IMG/VR virus record: IMGVR_UViG_3300031525_000009
Location: 533 to 64,532 of that record
Source of the DNA: a virus
Taxonomy: Duplodnaviria > Caudoviricetes
Length of the DNA: 64,000 nucleotides
Reading direction: 5' to 3' (one strand)
Each line of letters begins with the position of its first letter. The first letter of the stretch is position 1. A model generated the notes under the pieces. That model ran no database searches and was not told where the DNA came from. It saw only the letters and a program-made list of their open reading frames with translations. Positions 48,399 to 58,739 of this stretch are shown one piece after another. The position numbers and the translations under genes are program-made.

Positions 48399-49783
48399 CA
48401 GTGCACCTCTTCGTACTGCTTGCCATCCGGCGACACGTACGCTTGATTGCCGTTTTTATCCGCGTGCAGTGCCCAGCCTTTAGCGTTAGTGGGCGCAGGC
48501 GCGCTCGCTGCCGCAGAAGCCCCCGTTGCGGCAGGTTTATTCAACCCCTGCGTCGCCATGTACTGCCCGAGGGTCAAATCAGGGTTCTGCTGATGCGCCT
48601 GTTGCAGCCCCGTCACGTCGTGATGCGTGAACGGGATGACCTGCTGTACTTGCCCGATGATGTCGCGCACCGCCTGCTTCTGCTCCTCAGGAATCTTCGG
48701 ATTAGATAGATTCGTCTCCAAGCCCTTCTCTACAATCTGACGGTACTCCGCCAGCTTGTGCAGCTTGGTGTAGTTGGTATCCCCTTCCCGCAACTCCAGT
48801 GCACCGAAGCTGTCCGTCAAGCTACCTTGCGGGGCGAGTCCCGCTGTTTCGATAGTCGCTAAGTTGCGTTTCAAGCCGGGGAGCATTGTCGAGTAGTCCT
48901 GCACATCCTGAGACGACAGCTTGTTGGTCAACACGCCTTTAGCCGAATCGAATAGGCTAGTACCAGGAGAGGCGCCCACGCCAAACCACCCGGTGTTGGC
49001 CCCCACGGGTAACTCAGTGATATTCTTGATGGCGGCGGCGGCTTCATTAGACGAAGACAACACACGTTGGAACATGATACCGCTACGGGAGTCTAGTCCG
49101 GCCCCCTTCACACTGGGGGTTGCATCTCCGTAAGGGGCAACTTTGCCCGAAGACGAATCCAGCATGTACGTCTGTTTGCCGGGGGTACCGTCCGGCATGG
49201 TGACGTCGTGCTCAACTAACGAATAATGTGGCGCAGCCGGTTTGGGCGCATCACTAGCGGTTGCCTTCAGCGCGGTATTGAACATGGAGGCTTGCGTACG
49301 CTCTTTCAGCTCCTGTAACGCCAATTTTGCTTGCAGCGATTTCTGGTCTACCCCGGAGAGTTGCTGTGCGAGCCCCGTGTCCTGGTTACTCTGCTGCTGT
49401 TGGAACTCCTGATTCTGTTGCTTCCAATCCGCTACGGAACCTAGAGCATTGCTCAACTGGTTCGACATCCCGCCCGCATACTTGGACGGCGCCATCATTG
49501 CCTGAGCGAATCGCAACCCCAGCACGCTGGGATCCATGCGCTGCGACGCTAAATGCTCGCGAGCCGCTTGCAGCGTCGCGCGGGCTTCCTGCGCATCCGC
49601 GTCTTGCTGCTGGAACAGCGCAGCCTCACCGCTGGTATCGACCCCCTCCGGGTGGGCCTTTAAATAGTTGTCCGCCCACGCACGTCCGCTGGGGGAGACC
49701 GCAGGAGCTTGCAGGCTGGAGAGTGCCCCCTGCGGCTGCTCATCCGGGCCGGTATCGTCCATGTCATCATCAAGAGCAGCCAT
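48398..49783 (-). CDS. Putative DNA ejection protein
   Basis: Q/A-rich helical; C-terminal 'NAKGWALHADKNGNQAYVSPDG'. Confidence 0.6.
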   Translation of the reverse strand: MAALDDDMDDTGPDEQPQGALSSLQAPAVSPSGRAWADNYLKAHPEGVDTSGEAALFQQQDADAQEARATLQAAREHLASQRMDPSVLGLRFAQAMMAPSKYAGGMSNQLSNALGSVADWKQQNQEFQQQQSNQDTGLAQQLSGVDQKSLQAKLALQELKERTQASMFNTALKATASDAPKPAAPHYSLVEHDVTMPDGTPGKQTYMLDSSSGKVAPYGDATPSVKGAGLDSRSGIMFQRVLSSSNEAAAAIKNITELPVGANTGWFGVGASPGTSLFDSAKGVLTNKLSSQDVQDYSTMLPGLKRNLATIETAGLAPQGSLTDSFGALELREGDTNYTKLHKLAEYRQIVEKGLETNLSNPKIPEEQKQAVRDIIGQVQQVIPFTHHDVTGLQQAHQQNPDLTLGQYMATQGLNKPAATGASAAASAPAPTNAKGWALHADKNGNQAYVSPDGKQYEEVH

Positions 49784-50907
49784 TACGCAGCCCTGCGCGC
49801 ATAGTCGAAGGCGCTACGCGGCTTCGCAAATCGACGCACCGGGCCACCCCGCGCGCCGCCCGCGAGAGCGCTTCCCACAGTGCCGGAATTGAGCCCCGCG
49901 TATAGCCCGATCGATTGGCTCAGTGGAGACGCGCCGGTAGACGGCGCGTACGAAGTTTGCGACGTATTAGTCATCCCCGGAGTGTTGGTCGGGTTCGCAG
50001 TACCGCTCAGCATCTGAGACATCCAAGACGCCTCTTGGTAGGGGTACTGCTCCTGCTGGTTGAAATTCTGTTGTGCGACGTTCAGATTCTCTTGGTTGAG
50101 GTTTTGCTGTTCTCCCCCCGTCGTGTCGAGCGCAGCCGCCCCCTGCAGCCCCAGGCTCTGTCCCGTGCTGGCAAGGCTTCCCATCGTGTTCGCACCCTGC
50201 AGCCCCAATGCGCCTTGCTCGTAGCCAATACCGCCTGCGGTCTGCCCGAGCCCGCTTTCCAACTGGGCTCCTTGCAGTCCCGCGGTCTGAGCAGCGGTGT
50301 ATGCCGAACCCAACGCAGCGTTACCGGTGGATTGGATGCTTTCCGCGAGCTGGTTCGCGCCCTGCGTTTGTGCCAACAAATCTGCGGATGACCCCGACTG
50401 CCCCGCCGCAGCGTACTGCTGCGCAATTTGCGGCTGCATTTGGTTCTGGAAAAACTGATTCGCCTGGGTCTCGGCGGCGCCGATGACGTTTTGTGCATAG
50501 GGGTTCATTTGCGCCTGAGTCGGCGCTAACGCTCCCTGGATCATGCCTTGCGCTTGCGGCAGGTACCCCAGAGCGCCCTGCAGCGCCTGCGGGTTGGACG
50601 CATTTGCTGCGGTGTTTTGCGCCTGACTCAGTGCAGGTTGGTACTGCCCCTGCAGATTTTGTACAGAGTTCTGTGCCTGCGTCTGTTGCGGAGTGAAGCC
50701 TGCAACTTGCGGGCCGCCATACGTTTGATACGGTTGGGAAGCCAGCGCTTCGGACTGCGCAAGAACCCCTTGCGTGTACTGCTGCAGCCATGTCGGGACG
50801 TTGCTCGCACTCTGGCCGTAATTGGTCCCCTGCGCAGGCGTCTGACCCTGGAACAGAAAGCTCAAGGGGCTCCCGCTGCTCGTCGTCGCGCTGCTCGTCG
50901 CGGTCAT
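49783..50907 (-). CDS. Putative DNA ejection/pilot protein
   Basis: Q/G/A-rich; 'PYQTYGGPQVAGFTPQQ', 'MNPY..NV', 'QYPYQ'. Confidence 0.65.
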   Translation of the reverse strand: MTATSSATTSSGSPLSFLFQGQTPAQGTNYGQSASNVPTWLQQYTQGVLAQSEALASQPYQTYGGPQVAGFTPQQTQAQNSVQNLQGQYQPALSQAQNTAANASNPQALQGALGYLPQAQGMIQGALAPTQAQMNPYAQNVIGAAETQANQFFQNQMQPQIAQQYAAAGQSGSSADLLAQTQGANQLAESIQSTGNAALGSAYTAAQTAGLQGAQLESGLGQTAGGIGYEQGALGLQGANTMGSLASTGQSLGLQGAAALDTTGGEQQNLNQENLNVAQQNFNQQEQYPYQEASWMSQMLSGTANPTNTPGMTNTSQTSYAPSTGASPLSQSIGLYAGLNSGTVGSALAGGARGGPVRRFAKPRSAFDYARRAA

Positions 50908-50908
50908 A

Positions 50909-51607
50909 TCACGGGCTCCCCTTCAAGTATGCCCTTCTATACCGTACTGCCCGGCCTTTCTCTAACGCTTTCAATGCCACAGCGCGGTGTATTGGGTCTT
51001 GCATGCGGCGCAAGTTGCCGGAGATATACGCATCTCGTTGTACAGGATCCTGCCACCTAACCAATTGTTGCTGCCTAATAACTTCACGACGTTGTGGCGT
51101 CATCTGGTTCAACGCGCGTTCTCTGCAGTCCGCACTAAACTGAGCGCTTCTTTTAGCCCCGCGGCGTTTCTCAGCACTTATAGCAATCATTTCAGGGTCG
51201 CGTTTTCGGCCGCGTAATGCGCTTGCGCGTTTCTCTACTGTTTCAGGTGACTGTGGGATACCCCGATGGCTTACGCGCAAGCGCTCTCTAGTGCGGTCAG
51301 TTATTTTGAAGCCGCTTTTTCCGCCGGATTGAGAGTTAAAGCCCCCCGGGTACAAACAATTCAAGTCTCGTATGTAGTTCTGCTCAAGAAGATCAGCTTT
51401 GTCCCTGCAAAGCGTAGTGCGTAGTTCGGTAATTTTAAAGTCTGCTTCTCCGCCCTCTTGAATAGCCTCAGCCAACTTGCCATGTTTCTTACTCGGCACT
51501 TTATGCCCCTGCCATCGGCGTAACGCAGAGTTCACAGTGACTCCTACATAGTTTTTGCCTGTAGAAATTTGTGTTACTAAGTAAACCGTAAATACCCGCT
51601 GACTCAT
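50909..51607 (-). mobile_element. Free-standing GIY-YIG homing endonuclease with NUMOD3-like repeats
   Basis: 'VYLVT..KNYVGVT..RRWQGH..LEQNYI..GFN'; 'SPETVEKRASALRGRKR'; AT-richer than flanks. Confidence 0.85.
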
Positions 51608-53700
51608 ATTTTTCCCCGCAAATAAGTTTCTGGCGGTTTAGCGGCACTGTTCCCTATAGGGTGTTTGTTTGACGCCATAGCTTTTCCAACTGACTTACGT
51701 ACGCGCTGTTGCAGTTTATCCAGGGCACGTGCGCCGGCTTCATTAGAACCGTTGCCTAAAGCACTTACTACATGTGCCGGCATAACATACTCGCCACCCG
51801 ATAGCTTGGCGTCGATATCGTCAGAAGTACCATCGCCGTGCCCTGGATCGGGTACATAGTCATCACCTTGAGTCGAGTCAAAGGGACCGCCTGCCGCCAT
51901 GACCGGTCGCGGACCTTGCGGAATGGGTTGGATGTTGCTTTGCGGAACCCCTGGAGCCCCTGACATGGGCGGTTGCGCACTGGGTGCGGGAGACGACGCA
52001 GGAGACGCACTCGCCGGGGATACCCCCGGAATGCTGGGCAATTGATTATTGCTGAAAAAACTCTGCTCTGGCCCTTCGCCGTACGTGTACCAGTTAGCGA
52101 CATTGGGCTGCGTGTAGGAGCGCGGTGACGTCGGCGTTGCGATAGAGGGGATTGCACCGTAGCCTGCCGGCGTAGCGGGCGCAGAGGCAGACTTGTTACC
52201 CCCCAGCGCCGCTGCGATCAACGGCGCCAAAGCGCCGTATTGCTGCACAAGCTGCCCCATGGAGGACACCCCGAGGGCACTGCCCAGCCCGCTCAGCGCC
52301 CCCCCGGCACCTAAAACACTAGAGCCGCCTCCATTCGTTCCATAGTACGTGTTGGAATTGGACGAAGATGGGGAATTCGAATAGTTACCCGTCCCATATG
52401 CCGAGGGTTGACCCGAGGGGCTTCCAATATCTACCGGGACGCCCTCTGCAGGGGTTCCCGCACCTTGCAGCCCAGAAGCGGGGGCAGTTGCAGGAGGTGG
52501 CACGTAGAAGTTGAATGGCGTATTAGGGTCGGGAGCGGCTGCTTGACTGTAATATCCCACCCCGCCGCCATCATCGAAATGGCGCGGCCGATCCGCAAAT
52601 GACCCTTCGTACAGCTTTTTGATCCGAGCCCGTAATTCAGGGTTTTGCACAGAGCCTCCACTTTTAGCCATCATCGTCCCCGACGCAGGTTGAGTTAATC
52701 TAGGCGCAGTTGCGCCGGACGCTGCTGAATTAGCTGCTGCAGGCGTAGCCGCCGCCTGAAATGGGCTGTTGGCGTAGATGTTGGAGAACGGCGAATCGCC
52801 ACCGACTGCTTTCCAGTCCTGTGCGGCATCCCCCGACATGTACTGACTCGTCATGTCTTCCAACAAGCCCTGATTCGTGGCCGCGTACGCAGAACCTACG
52901 TTCGAGTACCCAGACCCCATCGCGTTAACGTAAGGGGCCACTACGTTGGTGTACATCTCCTCTGGTGTCCAACTCGCCATCGTAGGGTCAGCTTCAACCG
53001 CATTATTGATGTGCTGCGTTAGAGCATCCGTAAAAGATTGCTCCCCCATCCGCCCGAATTGTTGGTATTCAGGCAGCGTAGAAGAGCGGTCGTCCATTAA
53101 GCCTGCGAGTTCCAAGTAGGGGTCTTGCGCGCTTGCCGCCACGTTCGGGTTGTTCTGGTTCGCAGACGTCGCGTTGATGACGTTCTGTACGTCAGCCGTT
53201 TCAGGGTCTTTCTCGCCGGGTCCAAGAAGGGAAGACAGCGCACCTACCGCAGCGCCGCCCAACGCACCGATCGCAGTCCCAACCACCGGGACGACTGAGC
53301 CTATTGCAGCGCCAGTTTGCGCTCCCGCCAGGGCATCCGAACCCGTGCCCCCGGACTGCCAGTTTTTGACTTCATCGTACGCATCCAGAGGAATCAGCGC
53401 AGCGCCCCCCGCGGTGCTCAGCGCAGTATCCCCTGACGCCAGTCCGGCCAACTGGAGCCCCGAAGCGCCCGCACGAGTGTCTCCTTGCCAACCCCCCTGC
53501 TGCAGCCCGGAGTAAACCCCTAGCGCATCCAGTGCGCCCGTAGCCCCCGTATTGAGCGCTGAGTTGCCGGAAAGCTTGCCATAGAGATTCGCGGCGCTTA
53601 GTCCAGAGCGCGCCTCCCCCAGGGGGTTGCCTGAGGTGAGCCCGCGGTAGATGTTGTAACCTGCAATCCCGGGCTGCACGTATTCTGCGGGGGTACTCAT
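51604..53700 (-). CDS. Putative internal virion protein with a tape-measure-like C-terminal motif
   Basis: G/A/S-rich with glycine-zipper segments; C-terminal 'GDGTSDDIDAKLSGGEYVMPAHVVSALG'. Confidence 0.65.
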   Translation of the reverse strand: MSTPAEYVQPGIAGYNIYRGLTSGNPLGEARSGLSAANLYGKLSGNSALNTGATGALDALGVYSGLQQGGWQGDTRAGASGLQLAGLASGDTALSTAGGAALIPLDAYDEVKNWQSGGTGSDALAGAQTGAAIGSVVPVVGTAIGALGGAAVGALSSLLGPGEKDPETADVQNVINATSANQNNPNVAASAQDPYLELAGLMDDRSSTLPEYQQFGRMGEQSFTDALTQHINNAVEADPTMASWTPEEMYTNVVAPYVNAMGSGYSNVGSAYAATNQGLLEDMTSQYMSGDAAQDWKAVGGDSPFSNIYANSPFQAAATPAAANSAASGATAPRLTQPASGTMMAKSGGSVQNPELRARIKKLYEGSFADRPRHFDDGGGVGYYSQAAAPDPNTPFNFYVPPPATAPASGLQGAGTPAEGVPVDIGSPSGQPSAYGTGNYSNSPSSSNSNTYYGTNGGGSSVLGAGGALSGLGSALGVSSMGQLVQQYGALAPLIAAALGGNKSASAPATPAGYGAIPSIATPTSPRSYTQPNVANWYTYGEGPEQSFFSNNQLPSIPGVSPASASPASSPAPSAQPPMSGAPGVPQSNIQPIPQGPRPVMAAGGPFDSTQGDDYVPDPGHGDGTSDDIDAKLSGGEYVMPAHVVSALGNGSNEAGARALDKLQQRVRKSVGKAMASNKHPIGNSAAKPPETYLRGKI

Positions 53701-53921
53701 AGAGGCACAGCCTGCACAAACCGCTCTGCCCACGGAAGCCAGTGCACAAAACCCCGCGGGTCAGGGGGTGCCAATGCAGCTACCTTCGGCAGCGACAGAA
53801 TGTTATACGCCCATCCCCGCCAGTCCTGTCCTTGCAGTCGTAGGGTAGGCCCTGAGCTGGCTAACGCTAAGTTCACCGCATCAGTCCACTGCGTCAAGGT
53901 CAAATGTCGCGGGTCGATCAC
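53697..53921 (-). CDS. Small conserved tail-region protein
   Basis: 'IDPR..QW..DWRGWA..PDPRGF.HW..WAERF'. Confidence 0.6.
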   Translation of the reverse strand: MIDPRHLTLTQWTDAVNLALASSGPTLRLQGQDWRGWAYNILSLPKVAALAPPDPRGFVHWLPWAERFVQAVPL

Positions 53922-55483
53922 TGGGTATACCGCCCATCGGTTTCTTCCAAATGCGCCAGCGTATGCCCTAGGGTGTAGTCCCCGCCCGGAACGTTGCTCT
54001 CGAACTGAAACGCTAGGAGCCGCGCATTCTGCTTGAGCGTTGTGAGTTCTTGGTCTGGAGTGGCAATAACCGCAGGAATGTTGACAGGGGTCGAGGCGAC
54101 TTGCGGCTCCCGCGCATTAGCCCGCGAGAATACCGTCACGGACAGGTTCGTAGCGTTGGCTCCAATCGGCGTGAAATCCGCCTCCACGAGCGCGACGCGG
54201 TATGCCTTGTCCTTCGCGGGAGTTTGAGTGACTGGAGAGTACTCCGCAGTTTTGAAGTAAGAGCGCACGGGGAGCGCGCTTCCCCCGATAACTTTGTCCG
54301 TACCCGTCTCGTGCTGCCACAAGGTAAACCCTGTCGCAGTCGTGGTCAGATCCGTAAAGTACGGCTTGTTGAACACGCGAGGTGCTGTACCCGCGGAGCG
54401 GCTCCCCCCACCCACCCCGCCCACTGGATCGGGAAGCGGTGTGTCGTACCATACGTTGAGGTAAGTGTTAAAAATCAGTGCCCAATTGCACTCCGTAGCG
54501 CCGAACAAAGGCGCGCACCACCAGATTTCCCCGAACGACTGCACCTTGACTGCAAAAACTTTTTCCCGAAAAGCGAAGTTCAGGTTTTTGAAGAACCACT
54601 CGACGTTATAGGTGTTGGGTAATTCACGTACCACACCATTAAACATTGAGAAATGGTCCACCTCGGGCCAATAGTACAGGCCGTCGAACTCCACAATAGC
54701 CTGTGCGGAAAGCACCGAAGTCTCCGCGGAGATCGTGTTGAAATTGAATGGGATGCCTTGCAGCAGGCTGGGGTTGTACGTCATCACCACCAAGTCGGCG
54801 AGTGTCCAAAAGATCGCCGCAGGGCCACCTGAGCCGTTGCGTAACGGGAGCCCCTTGACCACTTTCTGATCTGAGATGAATGCAGAGTTAAACGTAATGC
54901 CCGGGGTGATGTTGTTGATAGGCGAAACATCGATACGACCGAAGTTGCTGTACCCAATCAGATAAGGTGCAATCGAGACAACCCCTCCGCTAACGTTGGG
55001 CATGCCAGTTACGACAAGCGGGGTTGTCATCGCAGCCGGGCCGTAGAATATCGGGGTTTCTATGGCGTTAGTAATGTCAGTCAGGTTCTGCCCAGGGTTA
55101 CCGATAATCGTCGTCTGCCCAGATACCGTGTCGTAAAACTGGTCAAAGCTCCACAGGTTGTTTCCGTTCGGCGTAAACCCAGAAAGCGGCGTACGATCTG
55201 CTTGCGCTCCAGGGTTTCCGAACATGTCGGACTGCACTTGGGTGACGAAGCTCGGGGAGCCTAGGTGCGTGTAATTGGTGCCTTGCGAGAAGTACGAGTC
55301 TATCCCGCGCACGGCTTCCGGCAAGTTAGATGTAACGGCTTTGTAGCCAGCTATTTTGCGCGGCAAGCCGCGACGGTTGAAGCGACACCACAACCCGTCT
55401 TTGTACTCTGAGCCCTCAAATAGCGTCCCGTCGCGCTTAATACCGGGTTGCGACTGAATGCGAAAAGGTTGTGGAGTGGGCAT
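53918..55483 (-). CDS. Tail nozzle / stabilisation protein (putative)
   Basis: 'PGIKRDGT..DGLWCRF..PRKIAGY', 'FGEIWW', 'LWQHETG'; beta-rich. Confidence 0.7.
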   Translation of the reverse strand: MPTPQPFRIQSQPGIKRDGTLFEGSEYKDGLWCRFNRRGLPRKIAGYKAVTSNLPEAVRGIDSYFSQGTNYTHLGSPSFVTQVQSDMFGNPGAQADRTPLSGFTPNGNNLWSFDQFYDTVSGQTTIIGNPGQNLTDITNAIETPIFYGPAAMTTPLVVTGMPNVSGGVVSIAPYLIGYSNFGRIDVSPINNITPGITFNSAFISDQKVVKGLPLRNGSGGPAAIFWTLADLVVMTYNPSLLQGIPFNFNTISAETSVLSAQAIVEFDGLYYWPEVDHFSMFNGVVRELPNTYNVEWFFKNLNFAFREKVFAVKVQSFGEIWWCAPLFGATECNWALIFNTYLNVWYDTPLPDPVGGVGGGSRSAGTAPRVFNKPYFTDLTTTATGFTLWQHETGTDKVIGGSALPVRSYFKTAEYSPVTQTPAKDKAYRVALVEADFTPIGANATNLSVTVFSRANAREPQVASTPVNIPAVIATPDQELTTLKQNARLLAFQFESNVPGGDYTLGHTLAHLEETDGRYTQ

Positions 55484-55484
55484 G

Positions 55485-57152
55485 TTAGTTGCCGAAAACC
55501 GGCACCCACCCAGAAGTAATCCCCAGAGCCACTTCAATCCACCCTATTACGCTGTTAGCGCCTCCCGGCTTATTGGACGACAAGGTGGGTACACCGCCCC
55601 CTGTTTGAAAATAATTACTACCGAATTGAATAGCGACCGAGGAGCTACCACCGTTCACCAAGCTGATCGGGACAGCCGCCGCGGTGGGGGTAAACGTTAC
55701 ATTGCCGTTCGCTGCAACATTCATGCGTACGTTACCGCTGACGGTTACTCCCACATTGCCGGCGCTGGGGAGATAGAGTCCGCTGGTCGCGTCCGCCAAA
55801 AATGTCACGGAAGGCGCCGCGGCGGTACCACTAATCAACTCTACCCCGTTGGCTCCTATCTGGATAATTTCGACCCCCGCGCTGGAACCTCCGATGAGAC
55901 CCGCCCCCACGCGGTACCACCCAGTCGTCGTGTCGGGTAGGAACGCATAGCTCGGGTTGGCCGCGGACCCCGCGATGGTCTCGATCCCCAAGCTCGAAAA
56001 TTGAGCGACTTCAACCCCGGTACTGCTAACCCCAACGATTCCTGCGCTAACCCCGTAGAGCCCCGTTTGCGGGTCACCCGAGGCGCCAAAGTTGATGGAT
56101 GGCGCGCCTACCGCTCCCCCCGCAAAGGGTTGCTGCGTGACCGCAGACAGCACGTTGGTCCCGTCGCAGAACAGGATAGAGCGCGTCCCATCCGGTACAG
56201 TGACCCCTGTGCCACCCGCATTGATCGTCAACGTAAACGCGCCAGTCGTCTCATTGTCTACCCAATACTGCTGTACCGTCGTAGGCACTTGGACCACGAA
56301 ATTGGCCGTTAGCGCCCCCGTGAAACGGTACGCGACGCGGTTGAGCTGCACCCCAGACAATACCAAGGGGCTGCTAAGCCCCGTCAGGCTGATGATGAGA
56401 AAGTTGAAAATAGAGTTGATCTGTTGCCCAAACCCCAACGTGTAAAAATTGGCGCCGTCGTAGATGACGAATGCGGAGTTATCCAACGAAAAGTTGAGGG
56501 AAGCTTGACCGTCTATGAGTCCTGAAGACGGAGTAACTGCGACGATCCCCGTCCCCAAATTCTTAACTGCACAAAACCAGCCCGCGGTGATATTCGCGTT
56601 GAGGGGAAGGGTAATCGTTCCAGCCCCGCCCTCCCACTCGATGATCCTAGCGCGGTCTACTACCGTCGATTGGTAATTGACATTTTGTACGTTGGTGACG
56701 TAGTTCTGCTGGAGCGCATTCACCAGTGCCGAGAGTCCCGCACCTGCCAGCGTTGCCGCATTCGCGTTAGACACCCCCGCACCGTATTGGAATACCCGCC
56801 AAGTCCCCTGCAGTGTCGAATTGTCTGCGAGGTAAAGCTGCCACGCCTGCCCAGAAGCGGGCGCCATTAGCACGTTGCCCTGTGCATCCAACAGGGTGAA
56901 AGTATTCGCACCGACGTTGTTAAAGAGAGCGCAATACCCGTTGCTGACCTGTCGCGCATCCGAGAGCTGAATAGTACTGCCAGGTATAGTTGCGCTGACT
57001 TCAATAATCTCAGCGGCCGCAGGCGAGATTATATTCGACTCTAAAGGCCACCCCAAAATAACGTTGGTAGTAAGCGATAAAGACAGAAACGTAGGGATAG
57101 CAGGAGCAACTACGTTACCCCCAAATACCGTACTATAGATGCTCCCCGCCAT
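55485..57152 (-). CDS. Tail fiber/spike-like virion protein
   Basis: Repeats of 'G.A..PS..F..D..TG.Y' in the C-terminal half. Confidence 0.65.
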   Translation of the reverse strand: MAGSIYSTVFGGNVVAPAIPTFLSLSLTTNVILGWPLESNIISPAAAEIIEVSATIPGSTIQLSDARQVSNGYCALFNNVGANTFTLLDAQGNVLMAPASGQAWQLYLADNSTLQGTWRVFQYGAGVSNANAATLAGAGLSALVNALQQNYVTNVQNVNYQSTVVDRARIIEWEGGAGTITLPLNANITAGWFCAVKNLGTGIVAVTPSSGLIDGQASLNFSLDNSAFVIYDGANFYTLGFGQQINSIFNFLIISLTGLSSPLVLSGVQLNRVAYRFTGALTANFVVQVPTTVQQYWVDNETTGAFTLTINAGGTGVTVPDGTRSILFCDGTNVLSAVTQQPFAGGAVGAPSINFGASGDPQTGLYGVSAGIVGVSSTGVEVAQFSSLGIETIAGSAANPSYAFLPDTTTGWYRVGAGLIGGSSAGVEIIQIGANGVELISGTAAAPSVTFLADATSGLYLPSAGNVGVTVSGNVRMNVAANGNVTFTPTAAAVPISLVNGGSSSVAIQFGSNYFQTGGGVPTLSSNKPGGANSVIGWIEVALGITSGWVPVFGN

Positions 57153-57155
57153 GGC

Positions 57156-57818
57156 TCAATCCTCGTTGCGCACAGCGGCGCGGTCTACCGAGCGCATCAA
57201 GTCTTCCTTCTCCAGCATCGTCACGGCTTCTTCATAAAGCGGCTGCCACGTAGCGACACGCTCGTCATTCTTCAGGAATGGCGTGCACTCCAGCAGGCAG
57301 CGGTACAGCAATGTTTCCGGTGCGTAATTTGTCCAAAAGTTGGTCTGGTTGGACGAGTCCAGGAGCTGCGGCAAACCGTAGTAGAGGATCTGCCAAGGGT
57401 ACGCAATCGGCGGCGTTGGCACGATGAGCCAGTGAGCATAATCATAGTCTGCGTAGTATTGCGGCTGCGCTGTCTGCGTCAGATCCGGCCAGTAACTCAG
57501 ACAGTATTCGTAATTGCGCGCAAAAATAGGCGTCGCGGAGTTCTGCGCTGGGTCAGCACTCGTCGCGACGCCAAAGCTCATTGAGATAGTCCGACGCCAC
57601 CCGTTAGGCTTGGTATATACCGCGCTGTTAGCGGCTAGATTGCCGACAATCGGGATGTTCATCCCGAGGATCTTCAACCGCCGCGCAATCGCCCGCTCCG
57701 CGTTGTTGATGAGCAGCGGGAACTGGTTGAACACGACCGGGTCCGTCGTACCCGTGCCGCGCTCCAGGTAACTCTGCAGGGTAGCGATCAGTGCCGTGAA
57801 GGTAGTTGCTACGGGCAC
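57156..57818 (-). CDS. Head-tail adaptor / tail tubular protein A-like
   Basis: 'LINNAERAIAR.LK', 'PQYYA..PTP..Y', 'NFWTNYAPETLLY..L.E..PFLKND'. Confidence 0.7.
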   Translation of the reverse strand: MPVATTFTALIATLQSYLERGTGTTDPVVFNQFPLLINNAERAIARRLKILGMNIPIVGNLAANSAVYTKPNGWRRTISMSFGVATSADPAQNSATPIFARNYEYCLSYWPDLTQTAQPQYYADYDYAHWLIVPTPPIAYPWQILYYGLPQLLDSSNQTNFWTNYAPETLLYRCLLECTPFLKNDERVATWQPLYEEAVTMLEKEDLMRSVDRAAVRNED

Positions 57819-57824
57819 TGGGGG

Positions 57825-58214
57825 CTATTTTCCTGCGTCGCTGTCTAGCGGGTTGGGTAGTGGAGGTGCAGGCTGCACACGGGCCTGCAAGACCGCTTCC
57901 TGCTTGGCCTTCTGCACCTCTCCGATGGTCTGCGCCAGCAACATGAACTCCCCCCATCGCGGGTCATTCCTGGATAAGAGCAGCGCTTCAATCGTCGTCA
58001 ATGTTTGCAGAGAAAGCATGTTCGTCCTTCAGTGTAGCGAGCCTAAGTGACCGCCCTGTACGTACTGCAGCAGCCAGACCAGCAGAATCACGCCGATGAT
58101 CACGTAGATCACTACTTTGACGATCTGCGGGATACCGGGCACCTGTCCGATACCCCACAAGATCAGCCCGATGATGCAGATAACAATGAAAACCGTCAGA
58201 AGGGTACTAATCAT
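57825..58214 (-). other. Two small genes (57825-58019; 58029-58214 two-TM membrane protein)
   Basis: RBS-preceded ORFs; the second is fully hydrophobic. Confidence 0.55.
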
Positions 58215-58220
58215 GACAAC

Positions 58221-58739
58221 CTACTTTGCCGCAGCAATTTTGTTGATCGTGTCGGACTTCGCAGCGCTGCCCGCGCTGCTACCGAAGTAGAAACTGATGA
58301 TCCCCGCCCACGCGGTGCTCAAGGAGCCCATCAGCACTAGAAGAATGTCACCCCCCGCGGTGGGTTTCCCGTATGCCACGAGATACCCCAGCACCCCGAA
58401 GAACCCGCAGGTGATGAAGTACGCCAGGTACCGCGGGGTCGAGTCGTGCGTGGCGATTTCCAGCGCCCGCGCGTTCGCCGTGTCGTCGAACGACAATTTC
58501 TCCTCACTGATCTGCAGATCCTTCATTTTCTCCTGCAGCTCCGCGTCCGCTGCTTTGAGCTTGACCAGGATGTCCGGGTCAGTGGACGTGATCGCCGCCT
58601 CCTGAGCCGCAGGGTCCGTCGTACCGAGAGCCTTGGCGAGTAGACCCCCCGCCAGTCCGCCGAATGGGCCACCCAGCGCGGTACCCAGAAGAGGAGCAAC
58701 CGTCGCCAGGATCTGTTTTGCCGCAGTGCCAAAGCTCAT
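58221..58739 (-). CDS. Putative holin
   Basis: '[14 protein letters not shown]', 'DTANAR', two C-terminal TMs ending 'SFYFGSS'; adjacent to the endolysin. Confidence 0.7.
   Translation of the reverse strand: MSFGTAAKQILATVAPLLGTALGGPFGGLAGGLLAKALGTTDPAAQEAAITSTDPDILVKLKAADAELQEKMKDLQISEEKLSFDDTANARALEIATHDSTPRYLAYFITCGFFGVLGYLVAYGKPTAGGDILLVLMGSLSTAWAGIISFYFGSSAGSAAKSDTINKIAAAK

Noticed and set aside
50909-51607. Group I intron around the endonuclease
   Set aside because: Flanking genes are complete and abut the ORF, leaving no room for an intron core
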